Shown here one piece after another: positions 44,838 through 55,400 of a DNA stretch of 64,000 bases. Under the pieces are notes generated by a model. It did not search any database and had not been told where the DNA came from. It saw nothing but the letters and a program-made list of their open reading frames with translations. How positions within the stretch are numbered: position 1 is the first letter of the stretch; each line of letters begins with the position of its first letter. Made by a program: the position numbers and the translations under genes. Location of the stretch: assembly GCA_035533755.1 (NCBI GenBank), contig DATLTC010000062.1, positions 15,181 through 79,180 of the forward strand. Reading direction: 5' to 3'. Origin of the DNA: Gemmatimonadaceae bacterium (GTDB lineage: Bacteria; Gemmatimonadota; Gemmatimonadetes; Gemmatimonadales; Gemmatimonadaceae).

Positions 44838-45958
44838 AACTTCTACACGTCTATAGCGGCAACCTCTACGGCGGCGTCGAGGCGATGCTCGTGACGCTGG
44901 CGTGCGAACGGGCCGCGTTCCCGGCGCTCGACGCGCAATTCGCGCTGTGTTTCGATGGCCGGCTGGCGCGCGAGCTCCGGGCCTGCGGGATGCCGGTGCA
45001 TCTGCTCGGCGGCGTGCGGGCCAGCCGTCCGTCCACGATCGTGCGCGCGCGACGGGCGCTGCGGGCGCTGCTCGCGGAGACGAAGCCGGACTTCGTGATG
45101 TGCCATTCGGCGTGGTCGTACTCCATTTTCTCACCGACGGCCCGACGGGCGGGATTTCCGGTGGGATTCTGGCTCCATGACGCGGTGCGGGGCAGCCACT
45201 GGACGGAGCGGTGGGCGCGGCTGCGGCAACCGGACGTCGTGATCTACAACAGCGCGTATACCGGGCGCACGGTCCCAACCGTCTTCCCGCGCGCGCCATC
45301 GGCGATGGTGTATTGCCCGGTGTCGGCCGCCGTGGCGCCGCCCGCGGCGCGCGCCGAGATGCGCGCGGAGTTCGGGGTGGCGCCGGACACGGCCGTCATC
45401 GTGCAGGTGGGCCGGCTCGAGCGGTGGAAGGGACACGCGTTGCTGTTGCACGCGCTCGGCTTCCTCGGCGATCTGCCGGGCTGGGAGTGCTGGATCGTGG
45501 GCGGCGTGCAGCGGGCATCGGAACGCGCGTATGAAGCACAATTGCGCACGCTGGCGGTATCGCGCGGGGTTCGCACCCGTGTGCGGTTTCTCGGGGAGCG
45601 CGACGACATTTCGCGGGTGCTCGCGGGTGCCGACGTCTTCTGCCAACCCAACGCGCAGGCGGAGCCATTCGGCGTGGCGATCATCGAAGCGCTGTATGCC
45701 GGGATTCCGGTCGTCGCCACGGACATGGGCGGACCGTCGGAAATCCTGGCCGGCGAATCGTGCGGCATTCTGGTGCCGCCGAAGCAACCGCACGAGTTGG
45801 CGAATGCCTTGCGGGGACTGATCGAGAACGTGCCGCGCCGGCGAGCCATGGGCGCGGCGGGTCCGGCGCGGGCCCGCGCGTTGTGCGATCCGGCGGCGCG
45901 GCTCGAACAGCTCAACGACGTCCTGATGGGCGCGATCCGGAGAAAGTCGGAAGCATGA
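44834..45958 (+). CDS. glycosyltransferase family 4
   Basis: 'AEPFGVAIIEALYAGIPVVATDMGGPSEIL'. ATGA overlap. Confidence 0.85.
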   Translation: MKLLHVYSGNLYGGVEAMLVTLACERAAFPALDAQFALCFDGRLARELRACGMPVHLLGGVRASRPSTIVRARRALRALLAETKPDFVMCHSAWSYSIFSPTARRAGFPVGFWLHDAVRGSHWTERWARLRQPDVVIYNSAYTGRTVPTVFPRAPSAMVYCPVSAAVAPPAARAEMRAEFGVAPDTAVIVQVGRLERWKGHALLLHALGFLGDLPGWECWIVGGVQRASERAYEAQLRTLAVSRGVRTRVRFLGERDDISRVLAGADVFCQPNAQAEPFGVAIIEALYAGIPVVATDMGGPSEILAGESCGILVPPKQPHELANALRGLIENVPRRRAMGAAGPARARALCDPAARLEQLNDVLMGAIRRKSEA

Positions 45959-46635
45959 GCGGAACGGCGCCCGATCTGGACACGCGCGCGCGGCAGTCGC
46001 TCGGCACGAGCGGTGACGCCATCTACGCCATGGTCGACGCGCTCGTGGGCGAGCGACACGCCGGCGGCGGCGTGCTGGCGGACATCGGATGCGGCACGGG
46101 GCTGCTCTGGTCGCGGCTGCAGGGGCGGTTCGCCCGGTGTTTGGGTGTGGATGCGGTGCGCTACGAGGGGCTCGATGGGGCGATCGAATTCGTGGCGCAC
46201 GATCTGGATCGGCCGGGCATTCCGCTGCCGGCGGCGTGCGCCGACGTGGTGACGGCGGTGGAGACGATCGAGCATCTGGAAAATCCGTGGGCATTCATGC
46301 GCGAGTTGGCCCGGCTGGCAGCGCCGGGTGGGTGGGTGGTGGTGACGACGCCCAATCAGCTCAGCGTATTGAGCAAGCTGACGCTCGTGCTGAAGAACGG
46401 GTTCAATGCGTTTCAGGAGGCCTCGTATCCGGCGCACCGTACGGCGTTGCTCGAAGTCGATCTGCGGCGGCTGGCGGGCGAAGCGGGGCTGACGCAGGCG
46501 GAAGTGCGGTACTCGGGTGAGGGGCGGCTGCCGTTCACGGGCCGGCACTACCCGCGTGCGCTCGGCGCCTTCTGGCCGCGCGGGTGTTCGGACAACGTGG
46601 CGATCGTGGCGCGCAAACCGGTGGGGGCGCGATGA
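45955..46635 (+). CDS. class I SAM-dependent methyltransferase
   Basis: 'VLADIGCGTGLL' motif I and 'ETIEHLENP'. ATGA overlap. Confidence 0.8.
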   Translation: MSGTAPDLDTRARQSLGTSGDAIYAMVDALVGERHAGGGVLADIGCGTGLLWSRLQGRFARCLGVDAVRYEGLDGAIEFVAHDLDRPGIPLPAACADVVTAVETIEHLENPWAFMRELARLAAPGGWVVVTTPNQLSVLSKLTLVLKNGFNAFQEASYPAHRTALLEVDLRRLAGEAGLTQAEVRYSGEGRLPFTGRHYPRALGAFWPRGCSDNVAIVARKPVGAR

Positions 46636-48029
46636 CGATGCCGGCATCGCCGGCCATGATGTCGAGCCAGGGCCGCGCGGTGGTTCTGGCGCCCGCGGAG
46701 CGCGAAGCGGATTTCTGGGTTCGGTGGTTCATCATCATCCAGGTAGTCTCGCAGTTGGCGATCATCAGTCCGCTGGGCAGCATGCGGATGATGTTCCGGA
46801 TGGCGGCGTTCGGATCGAGCCTGGTGTTTCTCGTCCTCGTGCGCGGGAGATCCGGCGGGCACCCGGCGCGGACCGCGGCCCTCATCGTGGTCGTGATTCT
46901 GTGTCTGGCGGTATTCAACCCGACGGCGGCGGCGCTGCCCGCCGCGCTGGCGCAGGTGGGGCTCTACGTGGCGATTCTGGCCCCGCTGTTCTGGGTGCCG
47001 CGGTTGACCGTGGCCACGAAGACGTTGCGAGACGTGCTGCTGATTCTCTGGCTGTTCCACACCGTGGGATCGGTGGTGGGCGTGCTCCAGGTGTATTACC
47101 CGGGCCGTTTCCAACCCAACGTCTCGCCGGTGATCCTCTCGCTGGGCCACGGCTACGTGGAGAGCCTGAAAATCACGACGTCCGGAGGGATCCGCGTTTT
47201 CCGACCGATGGGGCTGACGGACGTGCCAGGGGGCGCGTCGAGTTCAGGGTTCTACGCCGTGGTGCTGGGGATCGGGATGTTCTTCACGACGCAGCGCCGA
47301 TGGCTGTCGATGGCGGCGATCGGGAGCATCCTGCTCGGCCTGATGTGCCTGTATCTGTCACAGGTGCGGGCGATGATGGTGATCACGGGCGTCAGCATCG
47401 TCGGCGTGACGGCCATTCTGGCGCTGCGCCGCGATTACAAGCGGCTATCGGCCTTCAGCGTGGTGCTGGTCGTGGTACTCGTGGGAAGCTTCCGGAGCGC
47501 GGTGTCCCTGGCGCGGGGCAGCGTGGAAGAACGGCTGGGGACGCTCACGGCGGGGACGCCGGAACAGGTGTACGCGCAGAATCGCGGGGGGTTCCTGAGC
47601 CAGGCGTTCAACGAGTTGCTGCCGGAATACCCGCTAGGGGCAGGGATCGGTCGGTGGGGGATGATGAACGGGTACTTCGGTGACAAGTCCGATCCGAATC
47701 CGCCGCTCTGGGCGGAGATCCAATGGAGCGGGTGGGTGTTGGATGGCGGAGCGCCGCTCATCCTGGCGTACGTCTCGGCGCTGTTGCTGACGTTGTTGAC
47801 GACGCTGCGGATTGCCCGATGGCGATCGATGAGTGATCCCACCCTCTCACTGTGGGGCTCGGTGATCCTGGGCTATTCGGTGGGCACGTGCGCGCTGACG
47901 TTCTCGTATCCCGTGTTCCTGTCGCAGACGGGCATGGAGTTCTGGCTACTGAACGGCGTGGTTTTCGCGGCCGCGCGCACGCAGGCATGGCGAGACATGT
48001 CGCCGCCGCTTCCGCTTCCGCAGGCGTGA
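46632..48029 (+). CDS. Wzy-type polymerase / O-antigen-ligase-like polytopic membrane protein
   Basis: About 465 aa with 10 or more hydrophobic segments. It is the only polytopic membrane protein in the operon. ATGA overlap. Confidence 0.65.
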   Translation: MTMPASPAMMSSQGRAVVLAPAEREADFWVRWFIIIQVVSQLAIISPLGSMRMMFRMAAFGSSLVFLVLVRGRSGGHPARTAALIVVVILCLAVFNPTAAALPAALAQVGLYVAILAPLFWVPRLTVATKTLRDVLLILWLFHTVGSVVGVLQVYYPGRFQPNVSPVILSLGHGYVESLKITTSGGIRVFRPMGLTDVPGGASSSGFYAVVLGIGMFFTTQRRWLSMAAIGSILLGLMCLYLSQVRAMMVITGVSIVGVTAILALRRDYKRLSAFSVVLVVVLVGSFRSAVSLARGSVEERLGTLTAGTPEQVYAQNRGGFLSQAFNELLPEYPLGAGIGRWGMMNGYFGDKSDPNPPLWAEIQWSGWVLDGGAPLILAYVSALLLTLLTTLRIARWRSMSDPTLSLWGSVILGYSVGTCALTFSYPVFLSQTGMEFWLLNGVVFAAARTQAWRDMSPPLPLPQA

Positions 48030-49168
48030 AGCCCTACGCGCTGGTCACGGGCGACTTCGTCCGAACGGGCGGCATGGACGTGGCCAACTTCCATCTGGCA
48101 CGCCATCTCGCGAGCCGGGGCGGCGAAGTCCACTTGGTGGCGCATCGCGCCGATGCCGAGTTGCTGGCGATGCCGGGAGTGGTGATGCACCGGGTGGCGA
48201 AACCCTTGAACTCCTATCTGCTCGGCGCGCGGCTGTTGGCGCGCGCGGGCGCGCGGTGGGGGCGGGCGTGCCGGGCGCAGGGAGGGCGCCAGGTGGTGAA
48301 CGGTGGCAATTGCGCGAGTCCCGACACCAACTGGGTGCACTACGTGCATGCGGGACATGCTCCCGAAGTGGCCACGTCGCCGGTGGATCGGATGCTGCGC
48401 GCGTGGATGCACCGCCGATTCGTGATCGAGGAGCGGGCGGCGCTGGCGCAGGCGCGTCTGGTGATCGTGAATTCCGAGCGCACGGCGCAGGATCTGGTGG
48501 CCGGCGTAGGCGTGGCGAGGGGCCGGATCCAGACGGTGTACTACGGCACCGACGCCGCGTATCATCGGCCGCCCACGGTTGCGGAGCGCCGCACGGCGCG
48601 CGTCGCGCTCGGATGGAACGACGACGTGCCCGCGGTGGCGTTCGTGGGGGCGCTGGGGGATCGGCGCAAGGGATTCGACGTGCTGTTCCGCGCCTGGGAG
48701 GCGTTGTCCCGTGACGCGAGTTGGGACGTGCGGCTGGCCGTGATCGGGAGCGGGCGCGAACTCCCGGCGTGGCGCGACCGGGCGACACGTGCCGGGTTCG
48801 GTTCGCGGGTACGGTTCGTGGGATTCACCCGCGACGTGCGCGCCGTGCTGTGGGCGTGTGACGCGATCGTCGCGCCGGCCCGGTACGAAGCCTATGGGCT
48901 CGCCGTGCATGAAGCGGTGTGCTGCGGGCTGCCCGCGATCGTGAACGCGAACGCGGGCGTCGCCGAGCGACTCCTGGGGCTGGAAGCGCTGCAGCCGGCC
49001 GTGCCGGAAGACGGCGACGCGCTGGCCGACGCGATGCGGCGGTGGCGCGATGCGCGGGGGGCGTGGGCGGATCGCGCCCTCGGCCTGTCGGCGGAGCTGC
49101 GCGCGTGGAGTTGGGACGACATGGGCGCGCGGATCGTCGAGGCGATGGAAACAGCGGGGGCCGCGTGA
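48026..49168 (+). CDS. glycosyltransferase family 4
   Basis: 'YEAYGLAVHEAVCCGLPAIV'. GTGA overlap. Confidence 0.8.
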   Translation: MKPYALVTGDFVRTGGMDVANFHLARHLASRGGEVHLVAHRADAELLAMPGVVMHRVAKPLNSYLLGARLLARAGARWGRACRAQGGRQVVNGGNCASPDTNWVHYVHAGHAPEVATSPVDRMLRAWMHRRFVIEERAALAQARLVIVNSERTAQDLVAGVGVARGRIQTVYYGTDAAYHRPPTVAERRTARVALGWNDDVPAVAFVGALGDRRKGFDVLFRAWEALSRDASWDVRLAVIGSGRELPAWRDRATRAGFGSRVRFVGFTRDVRAVLWACDAIVAPARYEAYGLAVHEAVCCGLPAIVNANAGVAERLLGLEALQPAVPEDGDALADAMRRWRDARGAWADRALGLSAELRAWSWDDMGARIVEAMETAGAA

Positions 49169-50118
49169 CGCCATCGTCGCCGATGTTCGAACCGCTGACC
49201 GCGTGCTGGGTGTGTGGCGGAAGGGAGTTGCGGCCGGTGCACGAAGCCGTGTTCGAACTCTCCACCTACGTGGATCAGGATCCACCGCTCGCGGCGTACA
49301 CCGGTCAACACGTGGCGCTGGTTCGTTGCGCCACCTGCGGTTTCTCGCAGCCGGCGGCGCTGCCCGCGCTGCCGGGATATTTCGCGCGGATGTACGACCA
49401 GCGGTGGTCCGAAGACTGGATGGCGCACGAGTATGCGAGTGGCTACAAGGACCTGATCTTCCGTTCGGTGCTCGGCGAACTCGGGCGGCGGTTGCCGCCG
49501 GCACGGCGCGCGCTGCTCGATCTCGGCGCGCACGTGGGGCGGCTGCTGCGGATGGCGCGGGACCTCGGCTGGACGGCGGAGGGTGTGGAGTTGAATCCGC
49601 AGACGTCGGCGTTCGCGGCGGCGGCGACGGGGCTCCCCGTGCACCGCGCCGACGCCAGCACGCTGGCCGAGGCCGGCCGCCGGTACGACGCCGTGACGTT
49701 CATCGACGTGCTGGAGCACATTCCGGATCCAGTATCGGCGCTGGTGGCGGCGCGGCGCGTGCTCGCGCCGGGCGGCTGGATTGCCGTGAAGGTCCCGAAC
49801 GGGCCGGTGCAGTTGTGGAAGGAGACGGTGCGCGCGCGTGTGACTCCTGGGTATCGGGCGACGGTTGCGGACAACCTCGTGCACGTGAACCACTTCTCGC
49901 CGCGCACGCTGGCGCGCGCGCTGGAGCGGGCAGGCTTCACCCATGTGGAGGTCGGCCCGGCGGCGCCAGAGATCGTCCAACCGGGAGACGCCGGGTGGGT
50001 GAAGCGCTCGGCGGTCAACGGATTGCGGGTGGCGGCGTACGGACTGTCGCGCGCCCTGCCGGGTGGCACGCGGACGCCGCTGGCCCTGCACCTTCAGGCG
50101 TACGCGCAGGTGCCCTGA
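49165..50118 (+). CDS. SAM-dependent methyltransferase with N-terminal CxxC...CxxC zinc-ribbon
   Basis: 'CWVCGG...CATCGF', 'LLDLGAHVGRLL' and 'DVLEHIPDP'. The start is GTG at 49165 (GTGA overlap) or ATG at 49183. Confidence 0.75.
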   Translation: MTPSSPMFEPLTACWVCGGRELRPVHEAVFELSTYVDQDPPLAAYTGQHVALVRCATCGFSQPAALPALPGYFARMYDQRWSEDWMAHEYASGYKDLIFRSVLGELGRRLPPARRALLDLGAHVGRLLRMARDLGWTAEGVELNPQTSAFAAAATGLPVHRADASTLAEAGRRYDAVTFIDVLEHIPDPVSALVAARRVLAPGGWIAVKVPNGPVQLWKETVRARVTPGYRATVADNLVHVNHFSPRTLARALERAGFTHVEVGPAAPEIVQPGDAGWVKRSAVNGLRVAAYGLSRALPGGTRTPLALHLQAYAQVP

Positions 50119-51029
50119 TGGGAACGGGTGCGGTGTCTCCCGCGCTGTCGGTGATCGTCGCCACGCATGACAACCGGCCGGTGCTGGCGCGCTGCCTGGA
50201 GGCCTGGAGACGGTTCGCGCGGCGCCAGCCGGTGGAGCTGCTGGTGATCGAGGACGGATGCACCGACGGGACGGTGGAGTATCTCCGGGGCGTGGCGGGA
50301 ACGGATTGGGGCGCGATCGCGGTGCGCGTGCTGCACGAAGACAACGTGCATGAACTGATGTGCACGAACCGCGGATTTCGCGAAGCGCGTGCGTCGCTGA
50401 TCATGAGCTGGCACGACGACATGTTCCTGGGCGCGTCGTGGTTCGTGCCGGAGTTGATCGCTGCTTTCGCGGCGTATCCGGAGCTGGGGCTGTTGAGCCT
50501 GAGTCGCGGCCTGCGCTGCTTGCCGTACGACGCGCCCGTCCGGACGTTCGAGGATTCGATCGACTGGCGGCGCCTGCAGAGCACGATCGGACCGGCGCCA
50601 TTCAACTGGTTGCGACTGTACGAAGTGGACGCGGTGATGCGGCCCTGGGTGGTGCGGCGCGCCTGCCTGGACCGGGTGGGGCTGCTGGACGAGGCGTTTC
50701 GCCCGACCGAATGGGACGAGGCCGATCTGTGCTATCGGATCCGGGGCGCCGGGTGGAAGATCGCCACGCACGGATACGAGCGGGATGGCGCGTACGAGCA
50801 TCTGTTGAGCACGACGCTCAACCGCACGCCGTCGGAGCGACGTCAGGCGGCGGCGCTGCGCAACGCCTTGCTCTTTCACGAGCGGTGGGACGAGACGATC
50901 CGCCGGGAGCACGACCGCCACCGCGGGACGTGGCGCCGCCGGCTGAGCGCGGCGGCCTTTGCCGGCACCATGGGCGCGATGGTCCGCGAGATGGGGCGGG
51001 GCCGCCGCGCGGCGCCGGGCGCGGGCTGA
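50118..51029 (+). CDS. glycosyltransferase family 2 (GT-A)
   Basis: 'LSVIVATHDNRPVLARCLEAW' and 'LLVIEDGCTDGT'. The ATG shares one nucleotide with the upstream TGA. Confidence 0.8.
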   Translation: MGTGAVSPALSVIVATHDNRPVLARCLEAWRRFARRQPVELLVIEDGCTDGTVEYLRGVAGTDWGAIAVRVLHEDNVHELMCTNRGFREARASLIMSWHDDMFLGASWFVPELIAAFAAYPELGLLSLSRGLRCLPYDAPVRTFEDSIDWRRLQSTIGPAPFNWLRLYEVDAVMRPWVVRRACLDRVGLLDEAFRPTEWDEADLCYRIRGAGWKIATHGYERDGAYEHLLSTTLNRTPSERRQAAALRNALLFHERWDETIRREHDRHRGTWRRRLSAAAFAGTMGAMVREMGRGRRAAPGAG

Positions 51030-51031
51030 CG

Positions 51032-52192
51032 ATGCGCGTGTTCTTCGTCAACAGCGGAATTCTCGGCCATGCATCCGTGGCGCGGGTGGTGGGCGGCGCG
51101 GTGGCGTCGCGCGCCGACTTCACCGCTGTCCCGCTGAACCTGAGCGAAGGTCTGACTACGCGCGAGCGCGTGGTCAGACGCGTGATGTGTGTGGGGCCCA
51201 CGACGCCGGCGAGCATGGTCAGCGGTCTGACGCTTGCCCGCTGGCGACGTGAGATGTACACCGGACACCTGGCGGCGGGGCGGATCGCCCGTGCCGAGCG
51301 CGCGCACGGCGCCGCCGACGTGCTGCACTTCCACACCCAGGCCACGGCATTCGCGTCTGTGCGGCGCATGCGGCGAACGCCGTCGATTGTCTCGATCGAC
51401 ATCACGCAGCGGTTGGCGAGCGTCGAAGTACCGGCGGGATTCAGGCGTTGGCAGTACGCGGCATGCGCGGCCCGGGATCGCACGGTGTTCCGCGCCGCGC
51501 GCGCGATCGTGGCCACATCGCGCTGGGCGGTGGCGGATCTGGCGCGCGAGCTTCCCGAATGTGCGGACCGGGTGCATGTGATGCCGTATCCGGTGCCGCT
51601 GGATGGGTTCGATGCCGCCTGGGGGCAGGTGCGCGCGGCGCGTCAGGGACAGCCGCGCGTGCTGTTCATGGGCGGCGACTTTCCGCGCAAGGGCGGGTGG
51701 AATCTGCTGGATGCATGGCGCACGGCCAACCTCGGTGAGGTGGCGCAGTTGCGCGTGGTGACTGACTGGCCGCTGACCGCGGACAGACTCCCGCCGGGCG
51801 CGGAACTGCGCTCTGGCATCCGGTCGTACACGCCGGAATGGTTTGCGTTGTGGCGCGAGGCCGACATCTTCGTGCTACCCACGACCGGCGAGGCGTTCGG
51901 CATGGTCTTTCAAGAAGCGGCGGCGGCGGGACTGCCAAGCATCGGGACGAACCTCAATGCCATTCCCGAGCTGGTGGTGCCCGGCGAAACTGGAATGCTC
52001 GTACCGGTAGGTGATGTGCGGGCGCTGGCGGAGGCATTGCGACACCTGATCGACCGCGCCGACGTGCGGCGGGCGATGGGAGCTGCGGCGCGCCATCGCA
52101 TCGAGGGCCTGTGCGCACCGAACGCGTACGCAGAGCGTCTGGTGCAACTGGTGCACGACGTCAAAGCAACCGCCGCGGCGGGCTCGGCATGA
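51032..52192 (+). CDS. glycosyltransferase family 4
   Basis: 'GEAFGMVFQEAAAAGLPSIGTNLNAIPELV'. Confidence 0.8.
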   Translation: MRVFFVNSGILGHASVARVVGGAVASRADFTAVPLNLSEGLTTRERVVRRVMCVGPTTPASMVSGLTLARWRREMYTGHLAAGRIARAERAHGAADVLHFHTQATAFASVRRMRRTPSIVSIDITQRLASVEVPAGFRRWQYAACAARDRTVFRAARAIVATSRWAVADLARELPECADRVHVMPYPVPLDGFDAAWGQVRAARQGQPRVLFMGGDFPRKGGWNLLDAWRTANLGEVAQLRVVTDWPLTADRLPPGAELRSGIRSYTPEWFALWREADIFVLPTTGEAFGMVFQEAAAAGLPSIGTNLNAIPELVVPGETGMLVPVGDVRALAEALRHLIDRADVRRAMGAAARHRIEGLCAPNAYAERLVQLVHDVKATAAAGSA

Positions 52193-53046
52193 CCGACGAG
52201 CGGCGCGCCGCCGCTCACAGCGATCGCTACGGCCGACCGCCGTGGCTGGAACGCGTGGGCACGCGACTCGGCCGGCTCATCGGCGACGGCCCGCTGCGCC
52301 GTGTGGTGCGGCGGTGGTACCGTCGCGCGCTCGGCCTGGTGACCGGCGGTGGCCCGCGCAGCGTGCTGCCGCACGGCGAGGTGGTGCGCATCGCGCCCGC
52401 GTTCCGGTTCATGACGTGGAATCCCGTGGAGTACGAAGCGTTCCGATCCGTGCTCCGGCCGGGGGACGCGGCGCTGGACGTAGGCGCGAATGTGGGGGCG
52501 TACGCGATCCTGTTCGGGCAATGGACAGGGGATGGGGGGCGCGTGCTAGCGTTCGAGCCGGCGCCGGCGGCGTTCGAGGGCCTGCGCCAGCACATCGTGT
52601 TGAATGGACTCGAGGCATGCGTGCGTCCGATGCAGGTCGCGGTGTCGGACGCGATCGGCGAAGCGGAGTTCGTGAGCGAAGGCGTTCAGGGGACGAATCA
52701 TCTTGGAAACGCCGCCGGCGGCAAGGCGTCGGCGGTGATCCGCGTGCCGACGACGACAATCGACGAGATCTGCGGGCGGGAGGGGCTGCAGCCGCGGCTC
52801 ATCAAGATCGACGTTGAAGGTGCGGAGATGGCGGTCCTCCGTGGGGCGCGGGCCACGATCGCCGCGATGGGCCGAGACGCGGGCATCTTCGTGGAGATGC
52901 ACCCGGCGGCGTGGCGCACGATGGGACTGTCGGTGGACGACATGCTCGCCGAGCTGGCCACGCAAGGCCTGCGCGCAGTGCCGCTGCGCGAGGTATCCGA
53001 TCCCTGGGCGCTGGACGGCGAATGCATGCGCCTGGTTCGGGACTGA
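52189..53046 (+). CDS. FkbM-family methyltransferase
   Basis: 'ALDVGANVGAYA' and 'IKIDVEGAEMAVLRGA'. ATGA overlap. Confidence 0.8.
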   Translation: MTDERRAAAHSDRYGRPPWLERVGTRLGRLIGDGPLRRVVRRWYRRALGLVTGGGPRSVLPHGEVVRIAPAFRFMTWNPVEYEAFRSVLRPGDAALDVGANVGAYAILFGQWTGDGGRVLAFEPAPAAFEGLRQHIVLNGLEACVRPMQVAVSDAIGEAEFVSEGVQGTNHLGNAAGGKASAVIRVPTTTIDEICGREGLQPRLIKIDVEGAEMAVLRGARATIAAMGRDAGIFVEMHPAAWRTMGLSVDDMLAELATQGLRAVPLREVSDPWALDGECMRLVRD

Positions 53047-53049
53047 CCA

Positions 53050-54237
53050 ATGCGCATCCTGTGTGTGAACGACGGCGTGGGCGACGCGGGCGGGGTCCAG
53101 CGCTATCTGACGGCCGTGTCGGGGGCCCTGCGCGCGCGAGGCCACGATGTGGCGCTGCTCCATCTGGACGCGCTGCGCCGGGCGGATGAATCACCGGTGG
53201 GACCCGATGCGGCACATTTCTGCGTCACCCAGCTTGGTGAAGAGGCGGCGTTGGCGGCGGCAGCGCGGTGGCGCCCGACGGTAGTGTTCTCGCACAACAT
53301 GCGCGCGCTGTCGGTGGAGCAGCGGCTGGTGGAGCGGTGGCCGGTGGCGAAGATGATGCACGGATATTTCGGCACCTGCATCGGCGGCCAGAAGATGCAC
53401 GGCTTTCCCGGGCGTGTGGCGTGCGGGCGCCGATTCGGCCCCGCCTGCGTGGTGCTCTACCTGCCGCGGCACTGCGGTCAGTGGAGCGTGACGAAGCTGG
53501 CCGAGCAGTACGGCTGGACGCGCGCGCAGCACGCGTTGTTCGCGCGGTATGCCGCGATGCTCGTGGCCAGTGACCACATGCGTGACGAATATGCGCGCAA
53601 CGGCATGACGGCATCGCGCATCGTGGTGAATCCGCTGTTCGCGGCCGAGGTGCCGCCACATCCGGCGCCGGCCCCCTCGGAATTCCGCGTGGTCTTCCTG
53701 GGTCGCATGACGGCGCTCAAGGGCGGGGACGTGCTCATCCGCGCCGTGGCGCGCGCGAACGCGCAGGTGCGCGCGCCGATCGCGCTGACGATGGCGGGCG
53801 ACGGGCCGAGCCGCGAGGCGTGGCAGGCCCTGAGCGCGTCGCTCGGGGTGTCGGCAGCGTTTCCAGGGTGGGTGGACGCCGGCGAGCGGCAGGCGCTCTA
53901 TGCTGCGGCGTCGGTCGTCGCGGTGCCGAGCCTGTGGCCGGAACCCTTCGGCCTCACCGGGCTCGAGGGCGGCGCCTACGGCGCGCCGGCGTTGGCGTTC
54001 GATGTGGGAGGCATCCGGGCGTGGCTCCGCGACGGCGTGAACGGGTGGTTGGTGCCGGCGGGCCACGGGGAGCGCGGGCTGGCCGATCGCCTCGTGGCCA
54101 TTCAAGGACAGCCCGCGGAACTGCAGACGATGCGAACGGGGGCGCGCCGAGTGGCGGAGGAACTGTCGCTCGACCGGCACGTGGCCGGCGTGGAGCGCGT
54201 GCTGGCCGACGCGGGCGCGCGCGGGGCGGCGGCATGA
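53050..54237 (+). CDS. glycosyltransferase family 4
   Basis: 'PEPFGLTGLEGGAYGAPALAFDVGGIRAWL'. Confidence 0.8.
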   Translation: MRILCVNDGVGDAGGVQRYLTAVSGALRARGHDVALLHLDALRRADESPVGPDAAHFCVTQLGEEAALAAAARWRPTVVFSHNMRALSVEQRLVERWPVAKMMHGYFGTCIGGQKMHGFPGRVACGRRFGPACVVLYLPRHCGQWSVTKLAEQYGWTRAQHALFARYAAMLVASDHMRDEYARNGMTASRIVVNPLFAAEVPPHPAPAPSEFRVVFLGRMTALKGGDVLIRAVARANAQVRAPIALTMAGDGPSREAWQALSASLGVSAAFPGWVDAGERQALYAAASVVAVPSLWPEPFGLTGLEGGAYGAPALAFDVGGIRAWLRDGVNGWLVPAGHGERGLADRLVAIQGQPAELQTMRTGARRVAEELSLDRHVAGVERVLADAGARGAAA

Positions 54238-55400
54238 ACGGCACGTGGCATCTGATCACCGGGGAGTACCCACCGCAGCAGGGCGGGGTGAGCGACTACA
54301 CGGCCACGCTGGCCCGCGCGTTGGCGGATACCGGGCGTGACGTGCACGTGTGGGCACCACCGGCGGCGGCTGCGTGGGGAGACGTCGACGGGCGCGTCCG
54401 CGTGCACCGGCTGCCGGACGTGTTCGGCAAACGCGGGCTCGCCCTGCTCACGCAGGGCCTCGACGCATGTCCGGATCCCCGCACACTGCTGGTGCAGTAC
54501 GTTCCGCACGCGTTCGGGTCGCGCGGTATGAACGTGGCGTTCTGCCGGTGGGTGCAGCAGCGCGCCAGGCACTCGCGCGACGACGTCCGGGTGATGTTCC
54601 ACGAGCCCTACTATCCGTTCGGGCTCTGGCCGCTGCATCGCAACGTATTGGCGGCGGCGAACCGTCTCATGGCCATGTTGCTGCTGTCGGACCTCCGTTC
54701 GGCCTACGTGTCCACGACCGCCTGGGCGCGGCGGCTGCGGCGCTATGCACCGCGCGCCCTGACCTTCGAATGGTTGCCCATCCCGGCCGCGATTCCCGTG
54801 GTCCACGATGCCGATCGCGTGACCGAGTGGAGGCGCCGCATCGCGCCCGTGACGTCGCCCCGTGTGGTGGGACACTTTGGCACGTACGGCGCGCTCATCA
54901 CGCCGATGCTGGCGCCGGCGCTGGCGCAACTGCTGCGCACGGATGCCGAGGTCCGGGTGTGTCTGATCGGTTCGGGGAGCGAAGCGTTCGCCGCGCGGCT
55001 GACGGGGGACGCGCCGGCATGGGGTGCGCGCGTGACCGCGACCGGGCAGCTCGCACCAGCGGACGTCTCGGTGTGTCTGCAGGCGTGCGACGTGATGCTG
55101 CAGCCGTACGCAGACGGGGCAAGCGGGCGGCGGACGACCCTCATGGCCGCGCTGGCCAATGGCGTGGCGGTGGTGACCAATGCTGGGGCGGCCACGGAGG
55201 ACGTGTGGAGTTCGAGCGACGGGGTGTGGCTCGCGCCGGACGCGACCTCCACCACGCTGCGCGAGGCCGTTACCGTCCTGCTGGACGACGAGGACGCGCG
55301 CCGTCGGATCGCCACCGCCGGCCAGGTGGTGTACGCGCAGCGGTTCGCGATCGCGCACACCATCGCGACTCTGCTGGCCCGACGGAGCGGAGCCGCATGA
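54234..55400 (+). CDS. GT-B glycosyltransferase (GT4-like, divergent)
   Basis: N-terminal 'ITGEYPPQQGGVSDY' and C-terminal 'GRRTTLMAALANGVAVVT'. ATGA overlap. Confidence 0.65.
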   Translation: MNGTWHLITGEYPPQQGGVSDYTATLARALADTGRDVHVWAPPAAAAWGDVDGRVRVHRLPDVFGKRGLALLTQGLDACPDPRTLLVQYVPHAFGSRGMNVAFCRWVQQRARHSRDDVRVMFHEPYYPFGLWPLHRNVLAAANRLMAMLLLSDLRSAYVSTTAWARRLRRYAPRALTFEWLPIPAAIPVVHDADRVTEWRRRIAPVTSPRVVGHFGTYGALITPMLAPALAQLLRTDAEVRVCLIGSGSEAFAARLTGDAPAWGARVTATGQLAPADVSVCLQACDVMLQPYADGASGRRTTLMAALANGVAVVTNAGAATEDVWSSSDGVWLAPDATSTTLREAVTVLLDDEDARRRIATAGQVVYAQRFAIAHTIATLLARRSGAA